This document shows positions 26,936 to 39,165 of a stretch of DNA of 64,000 nt, in pieces. The notes under the pieces are model-generated. The model saw nothing but the letters and a program-made list of their open reading frames with translations, was not told the DNA's origin and did not search any database. The position numbers were made by a program, and so were the translations under genes. How positions within the stretch are numbered: position 1 is the stretch's first letter; each line of letters begins with the position of its first letter. The stretch comes from Lama glama (Eukaryota): the NCBI GenBank assembly GCA_028534125.1, contig CM052817.1, positions 90,708,001 to 90,772,000 on the forward strand, written 5' to 3'.

Positions 26936-27329
26936 TTTATTTATTTTTATTGAAGTATAGTTGATTTATAATGTATTAGTTTCTGGTGTACAGCAAAGTG
27001 ATTCAGATACACACACACACACACACACACACACATCTATATATATGTGTGTGTATATATGTGTGTATATACACACACATACACACCACAGCTTCTTTAT
27101 CCAGTCATCTGTTGATGTACATTTAGGTTGTTCCCATGTCTTGGTTACTGTAAATTGTGCTGCTATGAACACGGGTGCATGTGTCTTTCTGAATTATAGT
27201 TTTCTCCAGATATATGCCCAGGAGTTAGATTGCTGGATCATATGGTAAGTCTATTTAGCTTCTAAGGAATCTCCATACTGCTCTCCATAGTGGCTGCACC
27301 AATTTACATTCCCAACAACAGTGTAGGAG
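26936..27329 (-). mobile_element. Artiodactyl L1 3' portion with an internal deletion at a (CA)/(TA) microsatellite
   Basis: T-tail followed by 'ttattgaagtatagttgattta'. Minus-strand ORF MFIAAQFTVTKTWEQPKCTSTDDWIKKLW is the L1 ORF2 C-terminus. Confidence 0.9.
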
Positions 27330-27335
27330 AATTAC

Positions 27336-27649
27336 AATGATACAAAGGATACAAATTCTATTTACAAACCAAAAGCAGACTCATGGATGTAGAAAACTAT
27401 GGTTACCAAAGGAAAAGAGTGGGGAGGAATAAATTAGGGTTTAGGGATTAACAGACACACATTACTATACATAAAATAGAAAAATAACAAGGAACTACTG
27501 TATAGCACAGGGAACTATATTCAATTTCTTGTAATAACATAATGGGAAAGAATCTGAAAAGAAAAAATATGTATGTATATTTGAATCACGTTGCTATACA
27601 CATGAAGCTAACACTGTAAATCAACTATACTTCAATAATTAAAAAAAAA
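27336..27649 (+). mobile_element. Artiodactyl L1 3'UTR, 5'-truncated
   Basis: 'tatagcacagggaactatattcaat...aaatcaactatacttcaataa' followed by an A-tail. Confidence 0.9.
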
Positions 27650-28119
27650 CTATAAAAACGTGGAAGTCCATAATAACTGTTTAATAAACATTAGTTATAT
27701 TGTTGAAACTGGTATTTAAACATTATGTGAGAAAAAAATTAGAAAAAATACTATCTAGGTTCTGTGCTCTTGTTGGAACATGAGAAAGTACATTTTAAAA
27801 TAGTTTTTAAAAAGAAAAAAAACAAAGATCAGAGGATATGCAAGTAGGAGAAAGGTCCCTGAACTTGACAATAAAGTTAAATGTGTTTTTCATGAACATT
27901 TAAACATTTTTATATGATTGAATCACCCATCCATTAAATTTTGAATTAAAAAAAGCCTTATAGAGAAGACAGACTGCAATCTAGACAGTTAAAATGGGGA
28001 CTTAAAAAAAGCCACTATTAATTTGATTTTCATATAATTTCTTTCTAAGATTAATGTAAATGTCTGTTAAAGTAGACTAGTCTGTCAAAATCAAATTTTA
28101 CATTAAAAAGTTAACTTTT

Positions 28120-28458
28120 TTAAAAAAAAAAGACAAACAAACTTATTTACAGAACAGAAACAGACTCACAGACACAGAAAACAAACTTATAGTTACCAGT
28201 AGGGGAAGCGAGTGGGAAGGGATAAATTGGGAGTTCAAAATTTGCAGGTACTAACAAACATATATAAAATAGATAAACAACAAGTTTATACGGTATAGCA
28301 CAAAGAACTATATTCAATATCTTATGGTAACTTATGGTGGAAAAGAATATGAAAATGAATGTATGTATATTCCTATATGACTAAAGTGTTGTGCTATATA
28401 CTGGAAATTGACACAACATTGTAAACTGACTATACTTCAATGAAAATATATATTAAAC
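28120..28458 (+). mobile_element. Camelid-type L1 3'UTR insertion
   Basis: TSD AAAGTTAACTT at 28107-28117 and 28459-28469. Closely similar to 51265-51595. Confidence 0.92.
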
Positions 28459-28877
28459 AAAGTTAACTTAGATTAGGTATTCCTAACAAATCAAGCAAGT
28501 CGTCCATATAAAAGATACTATGGCTTTCATATACAAGCCCATCTAAGTAGCTATTCCAAAAGAAAAAGAAGAGAAATGTTTGCTATTTAAATGTATCCCA
28601 AGATAACAATAATGTTATTAGTTTCATTTGGGATGTATACATTCATTACATGGATGATGCAAATAGGTCAATTTCCTCACTGCTGTATTAGGATTTGCAC
28701 AAACCAAGAGTATTTGGGAATCTGAGTCACTTCAAATCACTGATCACCAACCCTAATTTTCAGGTTTTAAAACTGAGGCCCACAGAAGAGAAAAAAAATT
28801 GCCTAAAATAATACATAAAATCATTCCCACGCATGTCTGTCTCGCTTTCAGTCGACAGTCCAATACTGCATTGGCGG

Positions 28878-29307
28878 TGCATTAGTTTCCCACGGCTGCC
28901 ATAACAAATTATCACAAACTGGCTGGCTTAAAACAACAGAAATGTCTTTTCTTATGGTTCTGGAGCCAAAAGTCCAAAATTAAGGGGTAGGTAGGCTGCA
29001 CTCCCTCTGGAGGCTTTAGAAGAACAAGGATTTCTTGCATCTTACTGCTTCTGATAGCTGTCAGCATCCTTTGGTTTGTGGCCTCCTCTGTCTCTGTTCC
29101 CTTTCCATGTCACCTTCTCTGTGTGGGTCGAACTCCAAACTGCCTCATTTAGAGCCCATCCAGATAATCCTGAATAAAGCCTCCTCTCAGAATACTTAAC
29201 CACATCTTTTCCCTTATAAGGTAATATTCACAGGCTCTAAACACTAGGTTGTAAACAGATCTTTTGTGGGGGAAGGTGAGGAGCAGGGCACTGTTTAGTC
29301 CACTACA
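28878..29307 (-). mobile_element. MLT1 (C/D/E-like) solo LTR
   Basis: TGCATTAGTTTCCCACGGCTGCCATAACAAATTATCACAAACT...GTCCACTACA. Confidence 0.88.
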
Positions 29308-29849
29308 ATTGGGATATGTTAATGAGCCCATGGATATCTCTAAAACAGAAATCTCTGAGGGGTTTTAGATGGTAAAACCTTAAGAAATTATTGTCCTTTC
29401 CCATTTGCCCTGCAACTCACTTCTCTTAATGAATTGGAATGTCATGGCAGAATTCTATCATTAGCAAACCATTTTTATCTGTATCTCCAGGCCCCAGTTA
29501 ACCTTGACATGTGGATTCTAGTTAAACATGACAGAGTGGATACAATCAATAATCTCCATTCATTCTTGAAACTACACTAAGAAGCCTGTTAAGGAATAGA
29601 ACAGGTAAAGACACAAAGGTGGAAGATTACAGAAGATACAAAAGCAGAAGACATATCAACCAAATTTTGTAAGATGGAAAGCAGATGGAAAAGTGGGAAC
29701 TGACTTAACAGAGCATAGAAAGACAACCTAAGTTCGCAAAGGGAGAAGTCAGTAAGTCACATACGGATTCATACCTAGAAACTCTAGAAAAGCTAAGGAA
29801 CCAGAGGCACTAGTTACCCTCAAAGGCCAAGTTGAGGTAAAGATTCAAT

Positions 29850-30140
29850 CATGCCTTATCTGCAATACTTAAATCCAAAATTTCTGAAAACTAAATTTTT
29901 AAAAATATTCACTTGTCAGCAAACCTTGACATTGTCTGAACTAATGTGTTATCAAAGTAACTGAAAATATGTAAAGCTAATTATAGTCTTTATTTACCCC
30001 TCTTATTGTGAATATTCATGTTTCATTGCATAAAATTCAATGTATTTGATTGAGGAGCCTGTCTTAGGTCCCACTAGGTAATATATAGCTTATGCACTAT
30101 ACAATTTTCTGAAATCTTTAAAACATGGATGGGATTGCCT
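29850..30140. mobile_element. MER46C-like TcMar-Tigger relic within an old L1ME-like 5' fragment (~29510-29845)
   Basis: 'ccttatctgcaat...aaatccaaaa...cagcaaaccttgac...atagtctttatttaccc...tgtgaatattcat'. Confidence 0.65.
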
Positions 30141-30389
30141 CAGAGTCAGAGGGAGAAAAGTAAGAGAGAGAGTGGGTTAGGGCTTCTCACTCTTTCTGAG
30201 ACTTGTAAGTTCCCTTCTGGGCCTCAAGCCAGGCTTCTCCTGGAGCTTTCTGTCTGCACCATGGTGCTTACTTGCAGGGTTTTGGCTATGTTAGGTACAA
30301 ACCAGGGGATACCAGAGAGAAAAAGGGAAAACTCAGTGCTGGTGTGGAGAAAAATCACAGTGAATTTAGAAGTCACTGGGGTGACAGCA

Positions 30390-33030
30390 ATCAATAAAAT
30401 CAGAAGTGAAACTGGAAATGTTATAACTAGTAACACAAATATTAAAGATTGTAAGAAACTACTATGAACACCAACAGATCAGAAAACCTAAAAGTAATGG
30501 ATAAATTTCTCAAAACACAATCTACCAAGACTGAATCATTAAGAAATAGCAAGTCTGAACTAACCAATTACTAGAAAGGAGACTGAACCAGTAATCCAAA
30601 TCTCCAACAGACAGAAGTCCAGGATGAGATGGCTTTACTAATGAATTCTACCAAATGTTTATAAAGAATTATTATCAACTTATCTTAAAGTCTTCCCACA
30701 AAAATGAAGAGGAGGACTGACTGATTGATTCTTTAACATCTTTATTGTGGTATGGTTCCTTCCTGTACAGTAAACTACACATATTTCAAATGTACAATTT
30801 ATATACCAACGAAACCACTACCACAATCAAGATAGCTAACATTTCCATCACTGAGGAGGGAACACTTTTAAACTCATTTTATGAGACCAGCATTACCTTG
30901 ATATCAAAGCCAGATTAAGACACTTACAAGGAAAGAAAAGAAAATTGCAGGCCAATATTCCTGATGAACACAGATGCAAAAATCCTCAGTAACATATAAG
31001 CAAACTGAACACAACAGTACATTAAAAGGACATACACAATGATTAAGTGAGATTTATTTCTGGGATGTAAGGATGGTTCAACATCTGCAAATCAATGTAA
31101 TACACTATAATAACTAAGTGAAAGATAAAAATTATGTATCAATAGATGCAGTAAAAGCATTTGCCAAAATTCAACATCCTTTATAACCATCAACAGATTG
31201 GGTATAGATGAAATGTGCCTCAATCTAACAAAGTGCATATATAACAAACACATTTATCATACTCAGTGGTGAGAAGTTAAACGATTTCCCACTAAGATCG
31301 GGAATAAGACAAATGGGTCCCCCCTCTGACTACTTCTATTCAACACAGTATTAAAACTCTAGTGCAACTCTAGGCAAGAAGAAGAAATAAAAATCATTCA
31401 AATCTGAAAGGAAAAAGTAAAGTAGTCTCTGATTGCAGATGATATGATCTTATATATAGAAAACTAGTCTCCACACACACACACAAACAACTGTTAGAAC
31501 TAATGAACAAATTCAGTCAAGTTGCAGGATACAAAAACAACATACACAAACCTGCCGCATTTCTATATATTAACAACTAATTATCTGGAAACGAAATCAA
31601 GAAAGCAATTCCAATCATAACATATCAAAATAATAATACTTAGGAATACATTTAACAAAGGAAATGAAAGATCTATATACTGGAAATTACAAGACATTGG
31701 TGAAAGAGATTGAAGAAGACACAAAAATGGAAAGATAGCCTGTATTCATGGATCAGAAAAATTAATGCTGTTAAAATGTCCATTCTACCCAAAGCCATCT
31801 ATAGATTCAATGTAAACCCTATCAAAATTCCAAGGGCATATTCTCAGATATAGAAAAAACAATCTTAAATTTCATAGGAAACCACAAAAGACCCTAAACA
31901 GTCAAAGCAATTCTGGGAGAGGACAAAACTGGAGGCATCATACTTCCTGATTTAAAACTTTAATATAAAGCTATAGTAATCAAAATTATATGATACTGGC
32001 ATAAAGACAGATACACAGACCAATGAAACAGAATTGAGAGCCTAGGAATAAACCCACACATAAACAGTCAACAAATATTTGACAAGGGAGCCAAGAATAC
32101 TCAATGGGGAAAGATAATCTCTTCAATAAATGGTTTTGGGAAAACTGGATATTCATATGCAAAAGAATAAAATCAGTCCCCATCTTACACCACTCACAAA
32201 AAATGAACTCAAAATAGATTACAAGTGTCTGTAAATTTGTACAGCCACTATAGAAAACAGGATGAAACCTTCTTAGAAAATTAAAAATAGATTTTATTTA
32301 TTTTATATGTATACTCAGCAACCACTCAGCAAATAACTCAATTCAAAAAATGGCCAAAGGACCTGTAGACAGTTTTTCAAAGAAGGCACACACATAGCCA
32401 ACATGTACATGAAAAGATGCTTAGCATTATTAATCATCAGGGGAATGAAAAATCAAAACAATGGCAAGATATCACCTCACACTGTTGGAATGTCCATTAT
32501 GAAAGAGACAAGAGATAACAAATACAGGTGAGGATAAGGAGAAAAAAGAACCCTGTACACAGTTGGTGGGAATGTAAATTGTACAGCCACTACAGAAAAC
32601 AGCATGTTTCCTCAAAAAATTAAAAACAGAACTGCTACATAATTCAGCAATTCCATTTCTGAGTATATATCCAAAGGAAATAAAGTCACTGTCTTGGAGA
32701 GTTATCTGTACTCCTATGTTCATTGCAGCATTTTCCACAATAGCCAAGGTATAGAAATAACCTAAGTGTCCCTTGATAGATGAATGGATCAACAAACTGT
32801 GATATACACACACACACAGACACACACACAATGAAATATTTCAGTCTTAAAAAGGAAAAAATCCTGCCACTTTCAACAACATGGATGAACCTGGAGGGCA
32901 TTATGCTAAGCAAAACAGGCCAGACAGAGAAGGACAAATGCCACATGGTATCACTTACATGTAGAATCATGAAAAAAAAATTAAACTCATAGTTACAGTT
33001 AGTAGGATGGTGGTTGCCAGGGGAGGGGGA
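30390..33030 (+). mobile_element. Decayed L1 ORF2 to 3'UTR (L1MA/MB age), probably two joined pieces
   Basis: RT motifs are recognisable (gcaggccaatattcctgatgaacacagatgcaaaaatcctc; ttgcagatgatatgatc = FADDMI-like), with many stops and frameshifts. Confidence 0.95.
30716..30852 (-). mobile_element. Short antisense L1 3'-terminal fragment inserted in the L1
   Basis: Flanked by direct repeats GAGGAGG (30709-30715 and 30853-30859). The host L1 text resumes exactly. Confidence 0.75.
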
Positions 33031-35063
33031 GCAAGGTAGGAGGAAACAGTATATCTGTCTAATGTACTAATTTTAACAATTGTATATAAACATGTAATAT
33101 TTCAAAAATATTACCTCCCAGGCATCAGAGAAATTTACTCGAGGACGTAATTCAAGAAAATCAGGGAGTAAAGGCAAAACCATGAAATCAAAGAAGTAGA
33201 GTCAATAGGAAAAAAGGCAGCTGGAATTTGAAAGATTCCACATCTTGGAATAACATATTATCCTGAGAACAATCTTAGAAAGTACCCAGTCCGAACTGGT
33301 ACAGAAGTATGACTGTCCCACTGTATGTTACCAATATGACTAATCTACTGAAACATTGTTTGATTTCCTGGTATGCTTGACCAGGTTGAAAGAGCCATAG
33401 AAAACTAAACAAAAAACAAGGGAATTATTACCTTCAATAAAAACAAAAATTTGTATATGAAGGGAAATGTAATAATTGTAGTTGTCCACATGGCTTTGCC
33501 ATGCATAATATTTATAGATCATAAAATAAAGCATCAAGTATCAGTTTAATATATGATTAACATATTACTGAATAGAAATTCAATATATGGTTAATATATG
33601 CTCAAGAGAATAATGAGGGAAAGGGATTATATGAGTGAATCCCAATGGGATTATGGGTTGATGTGAGAAAGTAAAATACTTATTTTCCAGCACAGAGAGT
33701 CAAACAATACTCTCTAAAATTTAAAATCAAGAACTAGCCGTATGCATTTGAACTTTAGAAATAAGGAGACAGAAGAAACAGATAAAAGAGGTGCGGCTGG
33801 TACCTCAGAGACAGAAACCTGGGCTTGTTTGTCTTGAGCAAAAGTCTGTTATTTTTCATTATAAATCTCTGACTTCTTAAAATATGTGTTAATTCAATAT
33901 AAATACAAATCAAATTAATTTTTAACAGAGACCAGTGATTATATGTTAGCAAGTAAGATTAATATTATTGTAATTTCCTGCCTGTACAAGTTTAATACTT
34001 TCCCTCCTCTCCTTTTCTATCTAATCTGCATTTTTCAATCTAAATTGCTGCTTTTTTTCCCCAAATTAATCTTTCTACAGTACAGCTCAAATCATGTTCT
34101 TCTCAAAACTTTAAGTGGCTCATTTCATTAATTTGGCATGTGACTTCACCACAACTTATGTCCTGTTCTCCTTCCACTTAACAGATATTTGTGGAACCAC
34201 TGCTGTGTTTTGTTGGCAGCAATAAGGATTCAATGATGGACTAGACAGACAAAATTCTAGTCTCTGAGGGGCTTAAATTCTACATCCTTCTGCTAACACC
34301 CTCTTTTTTTAGAACTTTGTTCTAATGCATTTGACTTGTCAGTCCTCCCCTTCGTTTTCAAGTGCGTATACACAAACCCTGCTTATTCTTTAAGGCAGAA
34401 TGCAAATGCTACCTCCTTCACAAGGTCCTTTGTGACCTCCCACTCCCAGCCCCCAGTGGAAGTAAATTTTTTCTTATCCAAACGTCCTTTGAACTTCCAC
34501 CTGTGGCTTGTATACACTTAATGCTTTTCCCCTGAATTATAGCAACTCACACGCCTTCCCAAGTGGAACCTGAGGTCCTAAAGAACAGGGTCCTTACAGA
34601 TTCATTTATATATCCTCTACAGTACTCCCACGCATTGTAGATAATAAGCAGTTTTCTAAAGAATCCATGAGGATATTTCCACCTACGAACACTGGAGCAC
34701 CATATTAAATTGACATTTCCTTCTTATTTTCTTTTTTGTTGAATAAGCATTTCTTTTAGAATAGATTTGGATTTACAGAAAAACTGCAGATGGTAGAGCA
34801 TTCCCATGTACCCCACACCATTCCTCTTATTATTAACATTAATAATATGATACGCCAATATGGTACATTGGTCACAATTAATGAACTAATAGTGATATGT
34901 TATTAACTAAAGCACACACTGTATTCAGGTTTCTCTGGTTTTACTTAATGTCTTTTTTTCTGTTCCTGGAGCCCATCTAAGATACCATATTACAATTAGT
35001 TGTTGTCTCCTTAGATTACTCCTAGCTGTGACGGCATATCAGACTTTTCTTACTTTGGATGAC

Positions 35064-35287
35064 TATATTAGTTTTATATTGCTGTAATAAAATACTACTA
35101 CAAGCTTAGTGGTTTAAAACAATATAAACTGATTATCTCCCAGTTTTATAGGTCATCCATCCAATCCATGTCTCAATGGCCTAAAATCAAGATGTCAGGA
35201 GGGTTTGTTCCTCTCTGGAGGATATAGGGGACAATCTGTTTCCTTACCTTGTCCACTTTCTATAGGCTGCCCACATTCCTGCCACAA
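35064..35287 (-). mobile_element. MLT1 fragment (nested)
   Basis: 'tattagttttatattgctgtaataaaatactactacaagcttagtggtttaaaacaa'. Confidence 0.75.
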
Positions 35288-35514
35288 TGACCTCTGATAA
35301 TTTTGAAGAGTACTGTTCAGGTATTTTATAGAATGTTCCTCCACTGGGATTGTCTGATGTTTTTCTCACGATTAGACTGGGCTTATGGGTTTAGGGGAAG
35401 GAGATCACTCAGATAAAGCAACATCTCATCACATCTCAAGTACATGTGCTATCAACATGACTTGTCCCTGTTGATGTGATCCTGGGTCACCTGGCTTAGG
35501 CAGTGTTTGTCAGA

Positions 35515-36021
35515 TGTGGTGGACAGAATACTTACCCCAGATATATCTATGTCCTAAACCCTGGACCTGTGAATATCTTCAGTTACATAACAAAGGAGAA
35601 TTAAGTTTGTCAATGGAATTAAGATTTCACATCATCTGACCTTTGGCTAAGGAGGTTTTCCTGAATGACCTAGGTGGGCCCATGATAATCAAAAGGCAGG
35701 AGAGAGTCAGAGAAAGAGATGTGATAAGAAAGCAACTCAGAATAATGTCTTATGAAAAGAACTGGACAGGTGGTTGCTGGCTTTGAAGACAGAGGAAGGG
35801 GGTCATGGTCCCAGAAATACAGGCAGACTCGGGAAACTGGAAAAGGCAAGGAAAGAGATGCTCCCTACTAGAGCATCCAGAAAGCAATGCAGCCCTGCTC
35901 CTCAGCCTGACCATACCTTGATTTTAGCTCAGTGTTAGACTTCTAATCCACAGAACTGTGAGATTATCAAGTTTTATTGTTTTATTCCACTAAAGTTGTA
36001 GTAATTTGTTAGAGCAACAAC
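35515..36021 (+). mobile_element. MLT1D-like LTR (nested)
   Basis: TGTGGTGGACAGAATA start and 'ccactaaagttgtagtaatttgttagagcaacaa' end. Confidence 0.85.
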
Positions 36022-36264
36022 GAGTTTTTTCCTAAAAAATTATCCTTTTACCCTCTGTCCACAGTCTACTCTTTGGAAGGAAGGTACTGTGCACAGTCCA
36101 TTCTTGAGGAGAGGAAGTTACACTCTCCTTCCTTAATGGCAGAGTAGCTATATACGTTATTTGGAATTGTTCGACAGGAGAAATTTGTCTATTCTCCACA
36201 TTTATTTATGTCCGTATGGACTCGTGGATGTTTAGGATTATGAGATTTCCACATTACATCTTCT

Positions 36265-36775
36265 AGTTACCAAGTCCAAACTCACTCTGCTCACTGCATG
36301 GCAGGCCAATAAATCAGGAGATGAGGTGTTGGGGTAATGAATGACTTTCTTCCAAAAGCCAGCAGACTGAGAAGATGGGAGAGTTTATGTCCTAGAGAAC
36401 TATCTTCCCCACGTCAAAATTCAGGCTCCTTTTATACTAAAAAGGGGAGAGGATATGGTTTGTTGTTGCAAACTTCTCAGTGTCCCAATCTTTTGTTCTT
36501 GCAGCTGTCCACCTAGTCATGATGTTCCTATAAATCTCCAATAAGATAAATGTTATTCTCTGTTCTGCAACTTTTAATCTCTATATGAATGAAAAAGTAC
36601 TACACCCTTGAAGATCAGACCCTTGAGAATCAGCTACCCATATATTTCAGGCTCTAGGCAACATTTTTTAACAAAAGGCACAGAATCAGCATGACTAGGC
36701 AAAGACAACAGCATACAGAGTTAAAGCTAAAGGAACAGATATAATATGGAGTCAGATATGTTCCTCCCTATTCCA
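36265..36775 (-). mobile_element. ERV1-class solo LTR, family A copy 3, inserted in an older MLT1-like relic
   Basis: Collinear with 23496-23992. Near-TSD TTCT/GTCT. Confidence 0.88.
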
Positions 36776-37332
36776 GTCTTGACCAGATATGGGTCATATA
36801 CCCAGCCCTGGACCAACTGCTAGCAATAAGATCTCCATGACTGGTTTTGACTGATCACGATTCACCCCTGGGGCTGCACACCGTGTCCATATACCTGCAT
36901 CCCCTACCCAAAAAAAAAAGAGAGAAACTCAAGGAAGAGAACAGGAACGCAGCATTTGCTATTCAGTGGGCAACAAACACTGCATGGGACTAGCAGGTAA
37001 TCTGTTTTTGGTTTTGCTTTGTTTTAATATGAAATGAGTTCAAAAGACACTGGTGCTCTAAATCTATCAAGTAGAGATACTGGACTGACTGATTTATCAT
37101 CACATTTGAAAATAAATTTCTTCTGGTCCTGACACATATAGGCAGCTGAAAAGACAAAAGCATACTTTTCACATTGAAGCAAGAAGTTTTTTTCTAAAGT
37201 TAAAAGTTTTAAATGATTTCAGGAGTTTGCTATTCATATCCCAATAAAGATTCCCAGAAAACAAATTTACAAAATTATAAAAAATGAATTGCCTATTTTT
37301 TCCCTCATGTGTCATCCTAGCTTGGCTCTAAT

Positions 37333-37756
37333 CCACAGTTATTTAATCAAACACTAGATCGGGTGTTGCTGGGAAGGAACCTTGTAGATGTACTTAAAGC
37401 CTCTAATCAGGTGACTTTCAGGTAGACTGTCCTAGATAATCTGGATAGGCCTGACTGAATCATTTGGAGGGATTTAAAAGTGGGGATGAAGTATCACTAA
37501 AAGAGAAGAAATTCTGCCTGTGGACAGCTACCACCCATGCCAGTATGTTCAAGCCTGCGCACGATCTTCCCTTTCTGATTACCTACCTGATGGATTTTGC
37601 TTGACCAGCTCTTACAAATGAGTAAGGCAATTATTTGCAATAAATATTCCTGGCTCCCCCCACCCTCCCTCCCATCTATCTTCCTACCTACTTACCTCTC
37701 CATCCATCCATCCATCCTACTGACTCAACTTCTCTGGATAAACTCTGACTCAAACA
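37333..37756 (+). mobile_element. MLT2-type LTR
   Basis: 'cagttatttaatcaaacactagatc...' start and 'ttctctggataaactctgactcaaaca' end. Confidence 0.75.
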
Positions 37757-38440
37757 CTTAGAGACTAACCATTTCAGATAGGTCCATCTTCTGATCTTCT
37801 GATTAGTACTATAATATTCCTTTTTCACTCTAATATTTCTATTATACTTTTTGAAAATGGTATCAATTTTAATAGGTAAAAAATTTAACAGTTTCACTGG
37901 TATCCATTCAATGTCCCACACACTCTACATTAGTCACATTCTCTAGAAGGACATTTCCTCTGAGCCTGGCTAAATTAGAAGGGAAGGACAGAAGACGGGG
38001 AAAAACTAGGGCAGAGTGCAGGAGGTGGGGCTATGCATTCATTCACAAGATGAAAAATAACACATGTTGACCTTTTGGCAAAATAAATACATCTAAAACA
38101 CCTGCTGGTTTGGGGGTGTTTTGAATACTCCACAGGCGTGTTGACACAGTGCTAGAAGTAAATAAGAATCCAAAGCCAACAGACTCCAGCTTTTGACTTT
38201 CAACAGAGGCCAAATAAACAGTGCTTTTATTCGCCCGCAAATTAAACCTCTTTAAATTTCTTAGCTGCAATGATACCCCAACTTTTTTCTCTCCATTATA
38301 GTTGCTCAATCTTTAATGCTCACTTGGAGAATCATTAACGAACCACAGAAATGATCCTTTCTCATGAATTTATCTCAGGAAATCTCCTCAAGCAACAATC
38401 GCAGTTCTCGGTATCTTACTGTAATCAAAGTAGCACAGGG

Positions 38441-38873
38441 TGATGCTCCTAGAGAATGTCATTCTAAGTGAAGTAAGCCAGAAAGAGAAAGAAAAATACC
38501 ATATGAGATTGCTCATATGTGGAATCTAAAACACAAAGAACAACAACAAACAAACAAACAAACAAAAACAAAGCATAAATACAGGACAGAAATAGACTCA
38601 CAGACAGAGAATACAGACTTGTGGTTACCAGTGGGGTGGAGGGTGGGAAGGGATAGACTGGGATTTCAAAATTGTAGAATAGATAAACAAGATTACACTG
38701 TATAGCACAGGGAAATATACACAAAATGTTATGATAAATCACAGAGAAAAAAATGTGACAATGAGTGTGTATATGTCCATGAATGACTGAAAAATTGTGC
38801 TGAACCCTGGAATTTGACACAACATTGTAAAATGATTATAAATCAATAAAAAATGTTAAAAAAGAAAAAAAAA
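38441..38873 (+). mobile_element. Young camelid-type L1, 5'-truncated
   Basis: Perfect 15-bp TSD CAAAGTAGCACAGGG at 38426-38440 and 38874-38888. AATAAA plus A-tail. Confidence 0.95.
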
Positions 38874-38989
38874 CAAAGTAGCACAGGGCTTGAAGACAGA
38901 ACTGCTAGCTTTGATTCTAGACAAATATTGTAGTAGAACACCGTCTATCTCCCTCTCCTCTTTATTTTTTACCAGAATACCACCTTCTT

Positions 38990-39165
38990 ACATTCAATAT
39001 CACTTATTTGTTCATATTATTTACTATCTTTCTCCCCCATTAGAATCTAGACTATAAGGTCCAGGATGGCTGGGGTTTTGTCTATGGCTTCACTGCTGAA
39101 TTCCAGTAAGTAGCACAATGCCTGGCATATAGTCCATGCTGACTAAATACCAACTGAACAAATCT
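38990..39165 (+). mobile_element. L2 3' end
   Basis: 'ttcactgctgaattcc...tagcacaatgcctggcatatagt...aaatac'. Confidence 0.7.

Larger units (their letters stand above)
34745..36233 (-). mobile_element. L1MC-type 3'UTR hosting two MLT1 insertions
   Basis: 'atttacagaaaaactgcag...tggtacattggtcacaattaatgaac' and, past the inserts, 'tactctttggaaggaagg...tatggactcgtggat'. Confidence 0.75.

Noticed and set aside
23496..36775. Two same-strand LTRs as the ends of one provirus
   Set aside because: Each has its own near-TSD, and the interior is older L1, MLT and unique DNA with no gag/pol/env.
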